DNA of 32,000 nucleotides from Desulfobulbus propionicus DSM 2032 (GTDB lineage Bacteria > Desulfobacterota > Desulfobulbia > Desulfobulbales > Desulfobulbaceae): contig NC_014972.1 in the NCBI RefSeq assembly GCF_000186885.1, positions 2,430,001-2,462,000 of the forward strand, in the 5' to 3' direction. The translations under genes and the position numbers were made by a program. Each line of letters begins with the position of its first letter. Position 1 is the first letter of the stretch. A model generated the notes under the pieces. That model saw only the letters and a list, made by a program, of their open reading frames with translations, did not search any database and had not been told where the DNA came from. Shown here one piece after another: positions 1 through 9,441 of this stretch.

Positions 1-156
1 AGGGGATGGATTAGTGGTGATGGATCGATTGTTCATTGCGGCGTTGCTCGTTGAAGTGAATGGACGGGAAAAAGTTTGTTGCCAAGATATAAGCATCGAC
101 AGCCATTGTGCAACCGCCAATGGCGTGCACGGGGCGAAGCCGCTGCCGCGACCGGG

Positions 157-987
157 TCATGTTCCCATGCGCCAGTGGATCGAGGACGGGTTGCGGACGG
201 GCAGACGACGGTAGGCGAACTTCGGGTAGCCAACCATCATCGCCCCATGGCACTGGCGTCCTGGCGGCAGCCCCAGGGCTTCGGCCATCGGCGGATAGGC
301 ATTGACCGCGGCATTGAAGTATCCGGCCCAGCAGCCGCCCAGCCCCAGAACGGTTGTCGCCAGTTCCAGATAGGTCAGGGCGATGGTGCAGGTGGTGGCC
401 GCCATGCGGTTGGCCGTTTCCGCATGGGCAACGATCACCGCCGGCGCGCCGCGCAGGATGACATCATGCCCGGCCCGCCAGCGCTCCACGGTGCGATCGA
501 GATGGAGGGCCTTGGCCGCCTCGGGCGTCTCGGCCCGCATCCACTCCATCCAGTCGATGACCATGCCGGCCAGTTTCCGCAACTCCTGCCGATCGCCCAG
601 AACCAGCCAGCCCACGCCCTGGGAATTGATGCCGGAGGGCGCATGGCGGGCGATGTCGATCAGCTTGGCCAGGGTGTCCCGGGGTACCGGCGTGTCCCGG
701 TAGACACGGATCGAGCGGCGGGCACGAAGAAACTGCTCGCCTTGTTCGGACGAGCAGCGCAGTTCTGGCCGCACTGGCGGGCAGACGTCGACCGGCATAT
801 CCCGGTGACTGAAGCTGCCGGTGGGGCAAACCGCGACACAGTGGCCGCAGCGGATGCACAGGTTTGCGGCGTCCATGGCAGGCACTGGCAACGCTCCCGG
901 CGCCCAGTCGATGATCCCCATGGGGCAGACGGCGGCACAGACGCCATCCCGGTTGCAGGTCTGCTGGTTGACGGTGAACAGTTCCAT
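157..987 (-). CDS. Nitroreductase family protein with N-terminal 2x[4Fe-4S] ferredoxin domain
   Basis: Cys motifs CNRDGVCAAVCPMGI and CIRCGHCVAVCPTG followed by nitroreductase-type RRSIRVYRDTPVPRDTL...APSGINSQ. Start chosen at MELFTV (987), preceded by a strong AGGAGG-type RBS. Confidence 0.9.
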   Translation of the reverse strand: MELFTVNQQTCNRDGVCAAVCPMGIIDWAPGALPVPAMDAANLCIRCGHCVAVCPTGSFSHRDMPVDVCPPVRPELRCSSEQGEQFLRARRSIRVYRDTPVPRDTLAKLIDIARHAPSGINSQGVGWLVLGDRQELRKLAGMVIDWMEWMRAETPEAAKALHLDRTVERWRAGHDVILRGAPAVIVAHAETANRMAATTCTIALTYLELATTVLGLGGCWAGYFNAAVNAYPPMAEALGLPPGRQCHGAMMVGYPKFAYRRLPVRNPSSIHWRMGT

Positions 988-1019
988 CGGGCCTCCTTTT
1001 TGGCTATGGGTTGACAGCA

Positions 1020-1045
1020 CCCCCTGAAAAATGGTCTGTTCAGGG
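1020..1045. promoter_or_regulatory. Inverted repeat CCCCTGAA-N10-TTCAGGGG, candidate operator between divergent genes
   Basis: Perfect 8-bp arms read directly from sequence, just upstream of the nitroreductase start codon. Confidence 0.4.
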
Positions 1046-1125
1046 GCCGAAAAACGACGGCCGCGGGCTGGGCACGGGCCGCGAGATGCACTGTACCTCT
1101 TTTTTTAACGGGCACGAACACCAGC

Positions 1126-2277
1126 GTGGACAAAAAAGCAAAATCCGCCAAAAAAACACCACCGGCGAACACCGAGCAAGCGTCTCCCCCGGATACCGCT
1201 CCGAGCGAAAACCAGCAACCCCCCTCGGCTTCCAAGCCGCCAGTCCAGCGAAAGCCCCGATCCACGGCAAAAAAAGGCACGGGCCGCAAGCGGCGCCGCA
1301 AAAAGCCCGCGCTCCTCACCCGCCATCTGATTGCCCTCACCACCGTGGAAATCGCCTGCCTGACGCTGAGCGCCATGACCGGGATCGTGGTCCTGCTCGG
1401 CCACGCGACGGAACGTTTTTCCGGCACCAGCCTGCTGTCCCACCTTCTGCCCTTCACCACCGGAGTCCTGGCCTTGGTGGTCGCGGCCGCCCTGCTGCTG
1501 ATCGGCTGGCTGCGGCTGCGACGCTGGCTGGGGCAAAAGTGGCTGTTTCTGCCGGCGATTCTGGCCCTGACCATGGTCCTGGTTATTGGCGGCTTTGCCC
1601 TCAAGGGCTCCTTTTTCTTTGCCTTCAGCCAGTTTCGCATCCTGGTCGGCGGCAAGGAGGAAGCCAGCCGGATCACGCTCACCCATCAGGTGTTTGCCGC
1701 CTATCGCCGCCACGACCCCTCCCAGTTGCGGCAGATGATCGAACGGGCCAAACCCTATGGCCCGGACATCGACGCCGCGGCCCAGGCCTTTGGGCTTGAT
1801 CCGGACCTGCTCCATGGCATCGCCGCGACCGAATCATCCTTTCTTCCTCGCGAGAGCAAGGACGGCGGCCAGGGGTTGTTCCAGATCACCCAGGTTCCGG
1901 AAGCGGCCCTGCGCGAAGCGGGCAGCCGGCTTGGGGTCGATCGGCCGGTGATCACCAATCACCGTCACAACGGCTTCATCGCCGCAGCCACCCTCAACCA
2001 CTACCTCGGCCAGATGAACAACGACCTGTTTCTCGGCCTGCTGGCCTATAACATCGGTCCAAAAAACGGCGGGCTGCGCTTCATCATGCAGCAGTACGGG
2101 GCCACCGATTTCATCACCGTGCAGCCCTATCTCCAGCAGCTGCCGCGCGACTACCCCATCCGGGTGCTGTCCCAGGCTCTGGCCTTCCGTCTGTTTCGCA
2201 AGGGGGGAACCCTGCCGGCCTACGAGGAAGGGCTGAACGCGGTGCGCATCCAACACATCGGTATTCCCGGACTCTAG
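1126..2277 (+). CDS. Membrane-anchored lytic transglycosylase (SLT domain)
   Basis: GTG start. Basic N-terminus, several TM segments, then GLDPDLLHGIAATESSFLPRESKDGGQGLFQIT...YNIGP typical of SLT lysozyme-like domains. Confidence 0.8.
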   Translation: MDKKAKSAKKTPPANTEQASPPDTAPSENQQPPSASKPPVQRKPRSTAKKGTGRKRRRKKPALLTRHLIALTTVEIACLTLSAMTGIVVLLGHATERFSGTSLLSHLLPFTTGVLALVVAAALLLIGWLRLRRWLGQKWLFLPAILALTMVLVIGGFALKGSFFFAFSQFRILVGGKEEASRITLTHQVFAAYRRHDPSQLRQMIERAKPYGPDIDAAAQAFGLDPDLLHGIAATESSFLPRESKDGGQGLFQITQVPEAALREAGSRLGVDRPVITNHRHNGFIAAATLNHYLGQMNNDLFLGLLAYNIGPKNGGLRFIMQQYGATDFITVQPYLQQLPRDYPIRVLSQALAFRLFRKGGTLPAYEEGLNAVRIQHIGIPGL

Positions 2278-2361
2278 CCCCCAACCAGCCGCCCGGTGCC
2301 GCCCCTTCTCCTTTCTGGATGGAGGAAAGATTTCCAAATCAATCCTTACGGGAATATAATA

Positions 2362-2391
2362 TTGACGGAGAATAGACCGATTTGCTATAGC
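2362..2391 (+). promoter_or_regulatory. Candidate sigma70-like promoter (TTGACG-N18-TATAGC)
   Basis: Motif match by eye in an AT-rich part of the intergenic region upstream of the coaD-like gene. Confidence 0.3.
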
Positions 2392-2626
2392 ATACCACCA
2401 TTCTCCCGATTGATTTTCCCGCTGATACCGTCCGGTTTCCTCGGCACACCGCCGCGAGGGGATGGAACAGCGTGGGAGAACAAAGGAGGGGTTGCTCCTG
2501 GCGGATAAACGGCAGTGGAAACCGCAAGGTTCCATGTCGCCATGCAAGATGATCGCGTGTTGATCTTTCACGAGCGCCCTGGCCATGGGGCCCGTTGCAT
2601 CCACAACGTATACTGCAGGATTTTCT

Positions 2627-3157
2627 ATGAAAGGAATCTACGCTGGAAGTTACGATCCGCCGACCAACGGCCATCTGTGGATGATTGACCAGGGGGCCCG
2701 TCTGTTCACCAAATTTTATGTGGCGGTCGGCCAGAATTCACAAAAGGAGTACACCTTCTCCCTGGATGAGCGGATGCAGATGCTCAAGGAGATCTGCGGC
2801 CGGTACCGCAACGTGGAGGTGGTCCACTTTGAAAACAAATTCCTGGTCAAATACGCCGAGTCCATCGGTGTTGATTATATCCTGCGCGGCATTCGCAACG
2901 AAAAGGACTACACCTACGAGCGCGGCATGCGGTACGTCAACAGCAACATGAACGACTCCATCCAGACCCTGTTCATGATGTCGCCACGCCATTTGGTGGA
3001 GGTGAGTTCTTCCCTGGTCAAGGGATTGGTGGGTTCGGACGACTGGGAACTGGTGGTGCGCGAATATGTTCCGGATACGGTCTACTACAAGATGCTGAGC
3101 AAATTCGGTCGAATACACCTCCATCACACCCGCCGGCGAATTCTCGAGAAAATCTAG
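2627..3157 (+). CDS. Divergent pantetheine-phosphate adenylyltransferase (CoaD)-like nucleotidyltransferase
   Basis: MKGIYAGSYDPPTNGHLWMID (T/HxGH-type motif), YILRGIRNEKDYTYE, VSSSLVKGL, all CoaD-family landmarks. Confidence 0.75.
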   Translation: MKGIYAGSYDPPTNGHLWMIDQGARLFTKFYVAVGQNSQKEYTFSLDERMQMLKEICGRYRNVEVVHFENKFLVKYAESIGVDYILRGIRNEKDYTYERGMRYVNSNMNDSIQTLFMMSPRHLVEVSSSLVKGLVGSDDWELVVREYVPDTVYYKMLSKFGRIHLHHTRRRILEKI

Positions 3158-3175
3158 GCAACTGGGGCATCGCAC

Positions 3176-3201
3176 GGTCCGCCTTCCGGTGGGCCCGTTT
3201 T
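3176..3201 (+). terminator. Possible intrinsic terminator after the coaD-like gene
   Basis: GGTCCGCC-TTCC-GGTGGGCC stem (with two G-U pairs) followed by CGTTTT. Confidence 0.35.
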
Positions 3202-3493
3202 CCCACCTTTTTCTTGAGCTTATCCGCCTCTTCATGGCGCCTGCCCCTCACCGGCAACGATCAAATTCGTCTGCCGGCAATCGCCCGCCGCTCCCCGTGT
3301 TGCGAGTATTGTCTCTTGATCCAAGGTACGCCACATCCTCTTGGCCGTCCATGCGCTTTCTGCAGCACCCACCGGGATCCTGTCTGCTTGAAGAATGGGC
3401 CGCCGAGGCGTACAATGGGCGCGGCGTTGTTCGCCGCTGAAGGGGAAAAGATACCTATTTAATTGCATTCGACTCAAAAAGGAAAACAAACGT

Positions 3494-4270
3494 ATGGAAT
3501 GGTTGTGGGATATCAGCATTTGGAGCTCCCTCTTGACACTGACCGTGTTGGAAATTGTGCTCGGCATCGACAACATCGTGTTCATCACCCTGCTGGTGGA
3601 CAAGGTGCCGGCGGGCAAACGCGCCTTTGCCCGCCAATTTGGCCTGCTGGCCGCCATGGGCACCCGCATCCTCCTGCTGATGTCGGTGGCCTGGCTGGCC
3701 AAACTGGTCGCGCCGCTCTTCGAGGTGGCGGGCCATCCTGTTTCCGGCCGTGACCTGGTGCTGCTGCTCGGCGGTCTGTTTCTCATCTACAAGGCGGTGA
3801 TCGAAATCCACGGCAGCCTGGAAGGCGGCGACGAGGCACACGGCCCCAAACACCTGGCCTCGCAGCTGCCGCTGGTCATTGCCCAAATCGCCATCATCGA
3901 CATCGTCTTTTCCCTGGATTCGGTGATCACCGCCGTTGGTTTGGCCGACCATCTCTGGGTGATGATCGCCGCCATTGTCATGGCCATCGGCGTCATGATG
4001 GTGGCCGCCAAACCGATCGGCCAGTTTGTCGCTCAACATCCGACCGTCAAGATGCTGGCCCTGTCCTTCCTGGTCCTGGTGGGCGTGGCCCTGGTGGCCG
4101 AGGGCACCGGTCACGAGATGCCCAAGGGATACCTCTATTTTGCCATGGCCTTTTCCTTCATCGTCGAGATACTCAATCTCCGGCTGCGCAAAAAGGCCGC
4201 GCCGGTCCAGCTGCACCAGGTCTACGACCGGGTTCGCCTCCCGGACACCGAAGCAGGCGGCAACCACTGA
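3494..4270 (+). CDS. TerC family integral membrane protein
   Basis: LTLTVLEIVLGIDNIVFI...FSLDSVITAVG: paired acidic TM motifs characteristic of TerC/YkoY proteins. Confidence 0.9.
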   Translation: MEWLWDISIWSSLLTLTVLEIVLGIDNIVFITLLVDKVPAGKRAFARQFGLLAAMGTRILLLMSVAWLAKLVAPLFEVAGHPVSGRDLVLLLGGLFLIYKAVIEIHGSLEGGDEAHGPKHLASQLPLVIAQIAIIDIVFSLDSVITAVGLADHLWVMIAAIVMAIGVMMVAAKPIGQFVAQHPTVKMLALSFLVLVGVALVAEGTGHEMPKGYLYFAMAFSFIVEILNLRLRKKAAPVQLHQVYDRVRLPDTEAGGNH

Positions 4271-4539
4271 GCTGCGGCAATGTCAGCCGCATGCGGAAGA
4301 CATCGTTGCCGCCGGTCCAGCACCCACCCGTCGGCTGTTCCCGGACCGTACTCGATCCCGTCCCTGTCGGCTCAACAACCGCCAGGAACGGGCCAATCGT
4401 TCTCCCTTCGCCCTGTATCCTTTTGTCCCAGCCCGGCTTTTTTCCTTTCTTGACAAGTTTCCCCCACAGGGATAAGGAAAAGGCCTTCTATCCGTTTTCC
4501 TCAATGCAATAATTTTCCCAGATGCCCCAGGAGCGCCGC

Positions 4540-4998
4540 ATGACAACGGAACAACCTGATTTGGAAAACATCCTTACCGCCTACGGCCGGGAACGGGACA
4601 ACCTCATCCCGCTGCTGCAGGAGGTACAGGACCGTTTTCGGTATCTTTCCCCAGAGGCGGTGCAGGCGGTGGCCGATCACCTCGAACTCTCGGCCAACGA
4701 CGTCTACGGCGTGGCCACCTTTTACGCTCAATTCCGTTTCGTGCCGCCCGGCCTGCACCACATCAAGGTGTGCGAGGGCACGGCCTGCCATGTGCGCGGC
4801 AGCGACCGCATTCTCGAATCCATCAGCCGCGCCACCGGCATCGCCCCTGGCCAGACCAGCAGCAATGGCCAGTTCAGCCTGGAACGGGTGGCCTGTTTCG
4901 GCTCCTGCGCCCTGGCCCCGGTGGTGGTGGTGGACGACAAGGTCTACGGTCGGATGACCGCCGCCAAAACCAACAAGCTCATTGAGGACAAGAAATGA
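4540..4998 (+). CDS. NuoE/HydC-like 24 kDa thioredoxin-like [2Fe-2S] subunit
   Basis: GVATFYAQFRFVPPGLHHIKVCEGTACHVRGS...LERVACFGSCALAPVVVVDDKVYG; four-Cys [2Fe-2S] pattern. Confidence 0.93.
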   Translation: MTTEQPDLENILTAYGRERDNLIPLLQEVQDRFRYLSPEAVQAVADHLELSANDVYGVATFYAQFRFVPPGLHHIKVCEGTACHVRGSDRILESISRATGIAPGQTSSNGQFSLERVACFGSCALAPVVVVDDKVYGRMTAAKTNKLIEDKK

Positions 4999-6848
4999 GT
5001 TTCGCCGCGCGACAACAACAGGCACAAATCGTCTGGCAACGTTTTGAGCAGCCGGACCGGCCCCGCATTCTCATCGGGTCGGCCACCTGCGGCCGCGCCG
5101 CCGGATCGCTGGAAGTCATGGCCGCCTTTGCCGCCGAACTGGCCAAACAGGGATTGACCGAATCCGTGGACGTGGTCGAGGTCGGCTGCCTGGGCATGTG
5201 CTATGCCGAGGTGCTGGTGGAGATCCGTGGCCGCGACGGCAAGCGGGTCCTGTACCAGAGTGTGGAGCCGCGCCATGTCGAGGCCTTGGTCGATGCCCAG
5301 CTGGTGCGGGGCGAGGTCTTTGCGCCGCTGGCCCTGGCGGTGATGAACGACACGGATGAAACCGTTCCTGCCTTCACCGACCTGCCGATGATCCAGCCCC
5401 AGGTGCGGATCGTGCTGCGCAACTGCGGCATCATCGACCCGACCAATATCGACCACTACCTGGCCCAGGGCGGCTACAGCGGCATGGCCCGCGCCTTTTC
5501 TCTGGGGCCGGAACAGGTGATCGAGGAGATGAAGGCGTCCGGCCTGCGCGGTCGCGGCGGGGCCGGTTTCCCCACCGGGGTCAAGTGGGGGTTTGCCCGC
5601 AGCTCGGTGGCGGATCAGAAATACGTGATCTGCAACGCCGACGAGGGCGATCCTGGTGCCTTCATGGACCGGTCGGTGCTGGAAGGCGACCCGCACGCGG
5701 TGCTGGAAGGGTTGCTGATCGCGGGCTATGCCATCGGCGCCACCGTGGGCTATGTCTACTGCCGGGCCGAATATCCGCTGGCCATCGAACGGTTGCAGGA
5801 CGCTATTGCCCAGATGCGCGAGCAGGGGTTCCTGGGCGCGAACATTCTCGGTTCGGGTTTTGATTTCGACATCAAGATCAAGAAGGGGGCCGGCGCCTTT
5901 GTCTGCGGCGAGGAGACCTCGCTGATGCAGTCCATCGAGGGCAAGCGCGGCATGCCGCTCTCCAAGCCGCCCTTTCCGGCGGTGTCCGGCCTGTTCGGCA
6001 AACCGACCAATATCAACAATGTCGAGACGCTGGCGGCGGTATCGGCGATCATGGAGAAGGGCGCGGCCTGGTATGCCGGGTTCGGCACCGAAAAGAGCCG
6101 GGGCACCAAGACCTTTGCCCTGGCCGGCAAGATCACCCGCACCGGCTTGATCGAGGTGCCCATGGGCATCCGCTTGCGCACCATCATCGACGAGGTCGGC
6201 GGCGGCGTGCTCGGCGGCAAGCCCTTCAAGGCGGTGCAGACCGGTGGGCCGTCGGGCGGCTGCATCCCGGCCCAGTTCATCGACCTGGAGGTCGATTACG
6301 AACACCTGGCTTCGGTCGGCTCGATCATGGGCTCGGGCGGCATGATCGTCATCGATGCGGAATCGTGCATGGTCGACATGGCCCGCTACTTCCTCACTTT
6401 CACCGAGAACGAGAGCTGCGGCAAGTGCGTGCCCTGCCGCATGGGCACCCAGCACTTGCTGCGCATTCTCACCGGCATCACCCAAGGCAAGGGGACGTTG
6501 GATCAGTTGGATACGCTGCGCAAGATCGGCGACACCATGAAGAGCGCCTCTCTGTGCGGCTTGGGGCAAACAGCGGCCAACCCGGTGCTGACCACGCTCC
6601 AGTATTTCGAGGAGGAGTACCGGGCCCACATCGAGGACCACAAGTGCCCGGCCGGTGCCTGCCGCGCCCTGATCCGCTTCGACATCGATCCGGCCCGTTG
6701 TACCGGCTGCGGCGCCTGTCTGCGCGCCTGTCCGGTGGCGGCGATCAGCGGCGAGAAGAAACAGCCGCACGCTATCGACCAGCAGCTGTGCATCCAGTGC
6801 GGTTCCTGCCGCCAGGCCTGCAAGTTCGAGGCGGTGCTGGTGGATTAA
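4995..6848 (+). CDS. NuoF/HydB-like FMN, NAD(H)-binding subunit with N-terminal Trx-like and C-terminal 2x[4Fe-4S] domains
   Basis: ATGA overlap with previous gene; GLRGRGGAGFPTGVKW, NADEGDPGAFMDR, ESCGKCVPCRMGT, C-terminal CTGCGACLRACPVAAI / CIQCGSCRQACKFEA. Confidence 0.95.
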   Translation: MSFAARQQQAQIVWQRFEQPDRPRILIGSATCGRAAGSLEVMAAFAAELAKQGLTESVDVVEVGCLGMCYAEVLVEIRGRDGKRVLYQSVEPRHVEALVDAQLVRGEVFAPLALAVMNDTDETVPAFTDLPMIQPQVRIVLRNCGIIDPTNIDHYLAQGGYSGMARAFSLGPEQVIEEMKASGLRGRGGAGFPTGVKWGFARSSVADQKYVICNADEGDPGAFMDRSVLEGDPHAVLEGLLIAGYAIGATVGYVYCRAEYPLAIERLQDAIAQMREQGFLGANILGSGFDFDIKIKKGAGAFVCGEETSLMQSIEGKRGMPLSKPPFPAVSGLFGKPTNINNVETLAAVSAIMEKGAAWYAGFGTEKSRGTKTFALAGKITRTGLIEVPMGIRLRTIIDEVGGGVLGGKPFKAVQTGGPSGGCIPAQFIDLEVDYEHLASVGSIMGSGGMIVIDAESCMVDMARYFLTFTENESCGKCVPCRMGTQHLLRILTGITQGKGTLDQLDTLRKIGDTMKSASLCGLGQTAANPVLTTLQYFEEEYRAHIEDHKCPAGACRALIRFDIDPARCTGCGACLRACPVAAISGEKKQPHAIDQQLCIQCGSCRQACKFEAVLVD

Positions 6849-6899
6849 CGGCCAGGCAAGCGGAGCATTGGAGCCAAGTTTTTTTCATAAGGAGAGTGC

Positions 6900-9404
6900 A
6901 TGGGCAGCATCAGTTTGACCATTGACGGCCGCATGGTCGAGGTCGAGAAAGGGACCACGGTCCTCCAGGCCGCCCGCCAGGCGGGCATCACCATCCCCAC
7001 CATCTGCGACCACAAGGACCTCAACCCTTACGGCGCCTGCCGGATGTGCATCGTCGAGATCGAGGGCGTGCGCGGGTATCCCACCTCCTGCACCACCCCG
7101 GCCACCCCGGGCATGCAGGTGACCACCCAATCGGAGCGGTTGACCGAACTTCGCAATCGCACCCTGGAGTTGATGTTTTCCGGCCATCCCAACAGCTGCC
7201 TGGTCTGTCCCCACCGCGAGGCCTGCGAGCAGTACCGGCCCAAGGCCACCAAGGCAGCCCGCTCCACCCGCTGCGGTTTCTGCGCCAACCGCGACGAATG
7301 CGACCTGCGCGCCATGGCCCTGCGGGCGGGCAGCCGGGAGTTACACCTGCCCACCCTCTATGCGTCCTACAACCTGGAGCGGGACGACCCCTTCATGGAC
7401 CGGGACTACAACCTGTGCGTGCTCTGCGGCCGTTGCTGGCGCATCTGCGAGAAGATCCATGGCCAGCCCGCCATCTCGATCATCAACCGGGGCAAGTGGG
7501 CCCGCATCGGCACCGCCTTTGACACCAGCCACGTCCACTCCGGTTGCACCTTCTGCGGCGCCTGTATCGACATCTGTCCCACCGGCACCCTCACCGACCG
7601 CTTCGCCCGCTGGCACGGCAAGCCCGAGCTGGAAATGCCCTCGACCTGTCTGCTCTGTAGCGAAGGCTGTTCGGTGGTGGCGCAGAGCAAGGAAGGACAA
7701 CTGCTGGCCTACACCATGACCGGATTCAACCGCGAATCCGGCCTCTGTGCCCTGGGGCGCTTCGGCGCGGCCCAGATCGTCAACTCCAACCAGCGACTGA
7801 TTCGGCCCCTGGTGCGGGAGGGCGAGGACCTGATCCCCTATGATTGGGAAGGGGCCATCCAGGCCGCGGCCGACGGCTTGCGCGGCTGCGTGGGGACGAC
7901 TGCGCTGGTGATCAGCGCCACCACCTCGCGCGAGGACCGGTTCCTCTATGCCCAGCTGGCCAGCCATCTGCAGGCTCCGCTGGTGCTCCTCGACGCTGCC
8001 GCCGATGGCGAGGATCCGGCTGTCCAACAGATCGCCCAGGACTTGAAGAACGGCACCCTGCGGGCCATCATCACCAACGGCAACCTCCTGCCCCTGGAGG
8101 CCATCCGGGCCGCTGGCTTTTCGCTGGTGATCGACTGTCTGCCCTCGCCGCTGTCCGAGGCGGCCAGCGTGGTCCTGCCGGCGGCGGTACTCAGCGAGAT
8201 TGAAGGCACCTTCCGCACTGCCGGCGGCGCCATCAAGACCATGGCCGCCTCCAGCCAGGCGCCGGGCCATGCCCTGCCGGAGCGGCAGATTCTCTGTTCG
8301 CTCGGTCAGGCCCTGGGCAGTGGCGAGTTCGATTTCGCCAGTGCCGCCAACGTCACGCCGCTGATCGTCGACGACCCGGCGCCACCGCAGGTCAAAGGCC
8401 ATCCCCGCGATCAGGTCCGCGACCTGCTGCCCCGCTTCCGTGGTCATCTGCTCGCCGACATTGTCCCGGCCCTGGCCGCCTTCGGCCTGCCCGCCACCCC
8501 TGCCGTACCGACCTTGGAGGTGTGCCCAGCCGGAGGTTTCGCCCTGCTGGAGAAACGGGAAATCGTGCCCAATATGCATTTCTTCAAGATCCGGGCGCCC
8601 CAGGTGGCCAAGTTCGCCCTGCCCGGCCAGTTCGTTATCCTCATGGCCAAGGAGACCTCGGAGCGTTCGCCCTTTACCCTGGTGGATTGGGACGCGAGTG
8701 AGGGTTGGATCTCGCTGGTGATTGAGGAGGTCGGCCGTTCCAGCCGTGAACTGGCCTCGCTCAAGGCCGGCGACTGTATCGCCCATGTCAGCGGCCCGCT
8801 GGGGCTGCCGTTGCCCATTGAGAACAAGGGCACGGTGCTGCTTGGCGGTGGCTGCTACGGCATCGGCGCCATCTTCCCCCTGGCCCGGGCCCTGCGTCAG
8901 GCCGGCAACCGGGTGATCTGCGCCATCGAGGCCTCCTCTTCCTATCTGCTCTACCGCCAGGAGGAGCTGCGCACGGTCTGCGACGAGTTGCTCCTGGCCA
9001 CCAAGGACGGCAGCGAAGGTGTGCAGGGTGGCGTTCAGGAGCTGTTGGCCCAGGCGGTCGCGCGCGAGCCGATCAATCAGTTCATCGCCATCGGCTGCAC
9101 CTTCATGATGCGCATGGTCACCGAGATCAGCCGGTCGCTCAATATCCCCACCCTGGTGGCGCTCAACCCGATCATGGTCGACGGCACCGGCATGTGCGGC
9201 GCCTGTCGCGTTTCCGTGGGCGAGAAAACACAGTTTGCCTGCGTGGATGGTCCGATCTTTGATGGCCACAGCGTGGACTGGGATGAGCTGGCCTCGCGGC
9301 GCAGCGCCTATGCCCGCCAGGAGGTGCAGGCCCTGTCGCAGAGTGTGGATCTGAACGCGCTGGTGCTGCCGTCCCAGGGCGGTGGCTGCGGCTGCGGCCG
9401 ATAA
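6900..9404 (+). CDS. Fusion: NuoG-like N-terminal Fe-S region + degenerate molybdopterin oxidoreductase-like segment + C-terminal NfnA-like FAD/NAD(P), [2Fe-2S] domain
   Basis: CDHKDLNPYGACRMC (2Fe-2S), CVLCGRCWRICE / CTFCGACIDICPTG, CLLCSEGC (Mo/NuoG-like 4Fe-4S), LPAAVLSEIEGTFRTAGG (NuoG/Mop), then GQFVILMAKETSERSPFTLVD...GPLGLPL...VLLGGGCYGIGAIFPLARAL...GTGMCGACRVSVGEKTQFACVDGPIFDGHSVDWDEL (NfnA). Confidence 0.9.
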   Translation: MGSISLTIDGRMVEVEKGTTVLQAARQAGITIPTICDHKDLNPYGACRMCIVEIEGVRGYPTSCTTPATPGMQVTTQSERLTELRNRTLELMFSGHPNSCLVCPHREACEQYRPKATKAARSTRCGFCANRDECDLRAMALRAGSRELHLPTLYASYNLERDDPFMDRDYNLCVLCGRCWRICEKIHGQPAISIINRGKWARIGTAFDTSHVHSGCTFCGACIDICPTGTLTDRFARWHGKPELEMPSTCLLCSEGCSVVAQSKEGQLLAYTMTGFNRESGLCALGRFGAAQIVNSNQRLIRPLVREGEDLIPYDWEGAIQAAADGLRGCVGTTALVISATTSREDRFLYAQLASHLQAPLVLLDAAADGEDPAVQQIAQDLKNGTLRAIITNGNLLPLEAIRAAGFSLVIDCLPSPLSEAASVVLPAAVLSEIEGTFRTAGGAIKTMAASSQAPGHALPERQILCSLGQALGSGEFDFASAANVTPLIVDDPAPPQVKGHPRDQVRDLLPRFRGHLLADIVPALAAFGLPATPAVPTLEVCPAGGFALLEKREIVPNMHFFKIRAPQVAKFALPGQFVILMAKETSERSPFTLVDWDASEGWISLVIEEVGRSSRELASLKAGDCIAHVSGPLGLPLPIENKGTVLLGGGCYGIGAIFPLARALRQAGNRVICAIEASSSYLLYRQEELRTVCDELLLATKDGSEGVQGGVQELLAQAVAREPINQFIAIGCTFMMRMVTEISRSLNIPTLVALNPIMVDGTGMCGACRVSVGEKTQFACVDGPIFDGHSVDWDELASRRSAYARQEVQALSQSVDLNALVLPSQGGGCGCGR

Positions 9405-9441
9405 TTCGAGTGAATCGAGTGATTTTGCGGAGTATGCAAGC

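Noticed and set aside
3214-3462. Small plus-strand ORF (82 aa) with several Cys between coaD-like and terC genes
   Set aside because: CxxC-like residues present but no RBS, no recognisable family, and overlapping alternative frames; treated as intergenic.
4450-4478. TTGACA-N17-TAAGGA as promoter of the nuoE-like operon
   Set aside because: The -35 is perfect but the -10 is poor; a promoter probably exists here but the exact boxes are not supportable enough to list as a feature.
4944-6770. 608-aa minus-strand ORF
   Set aside because: Antisense shadow of the clearly supported NuoF/HydB-like gene; no recognisable domain.
9404-9425. Tandem TCGAGTGA-ATCGAGTGA between the NfnA fusion and the NfnB-like gene
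   Set aside because: Only two short copies; most likely chance or slippage, with no structure or regulatory logic evident.
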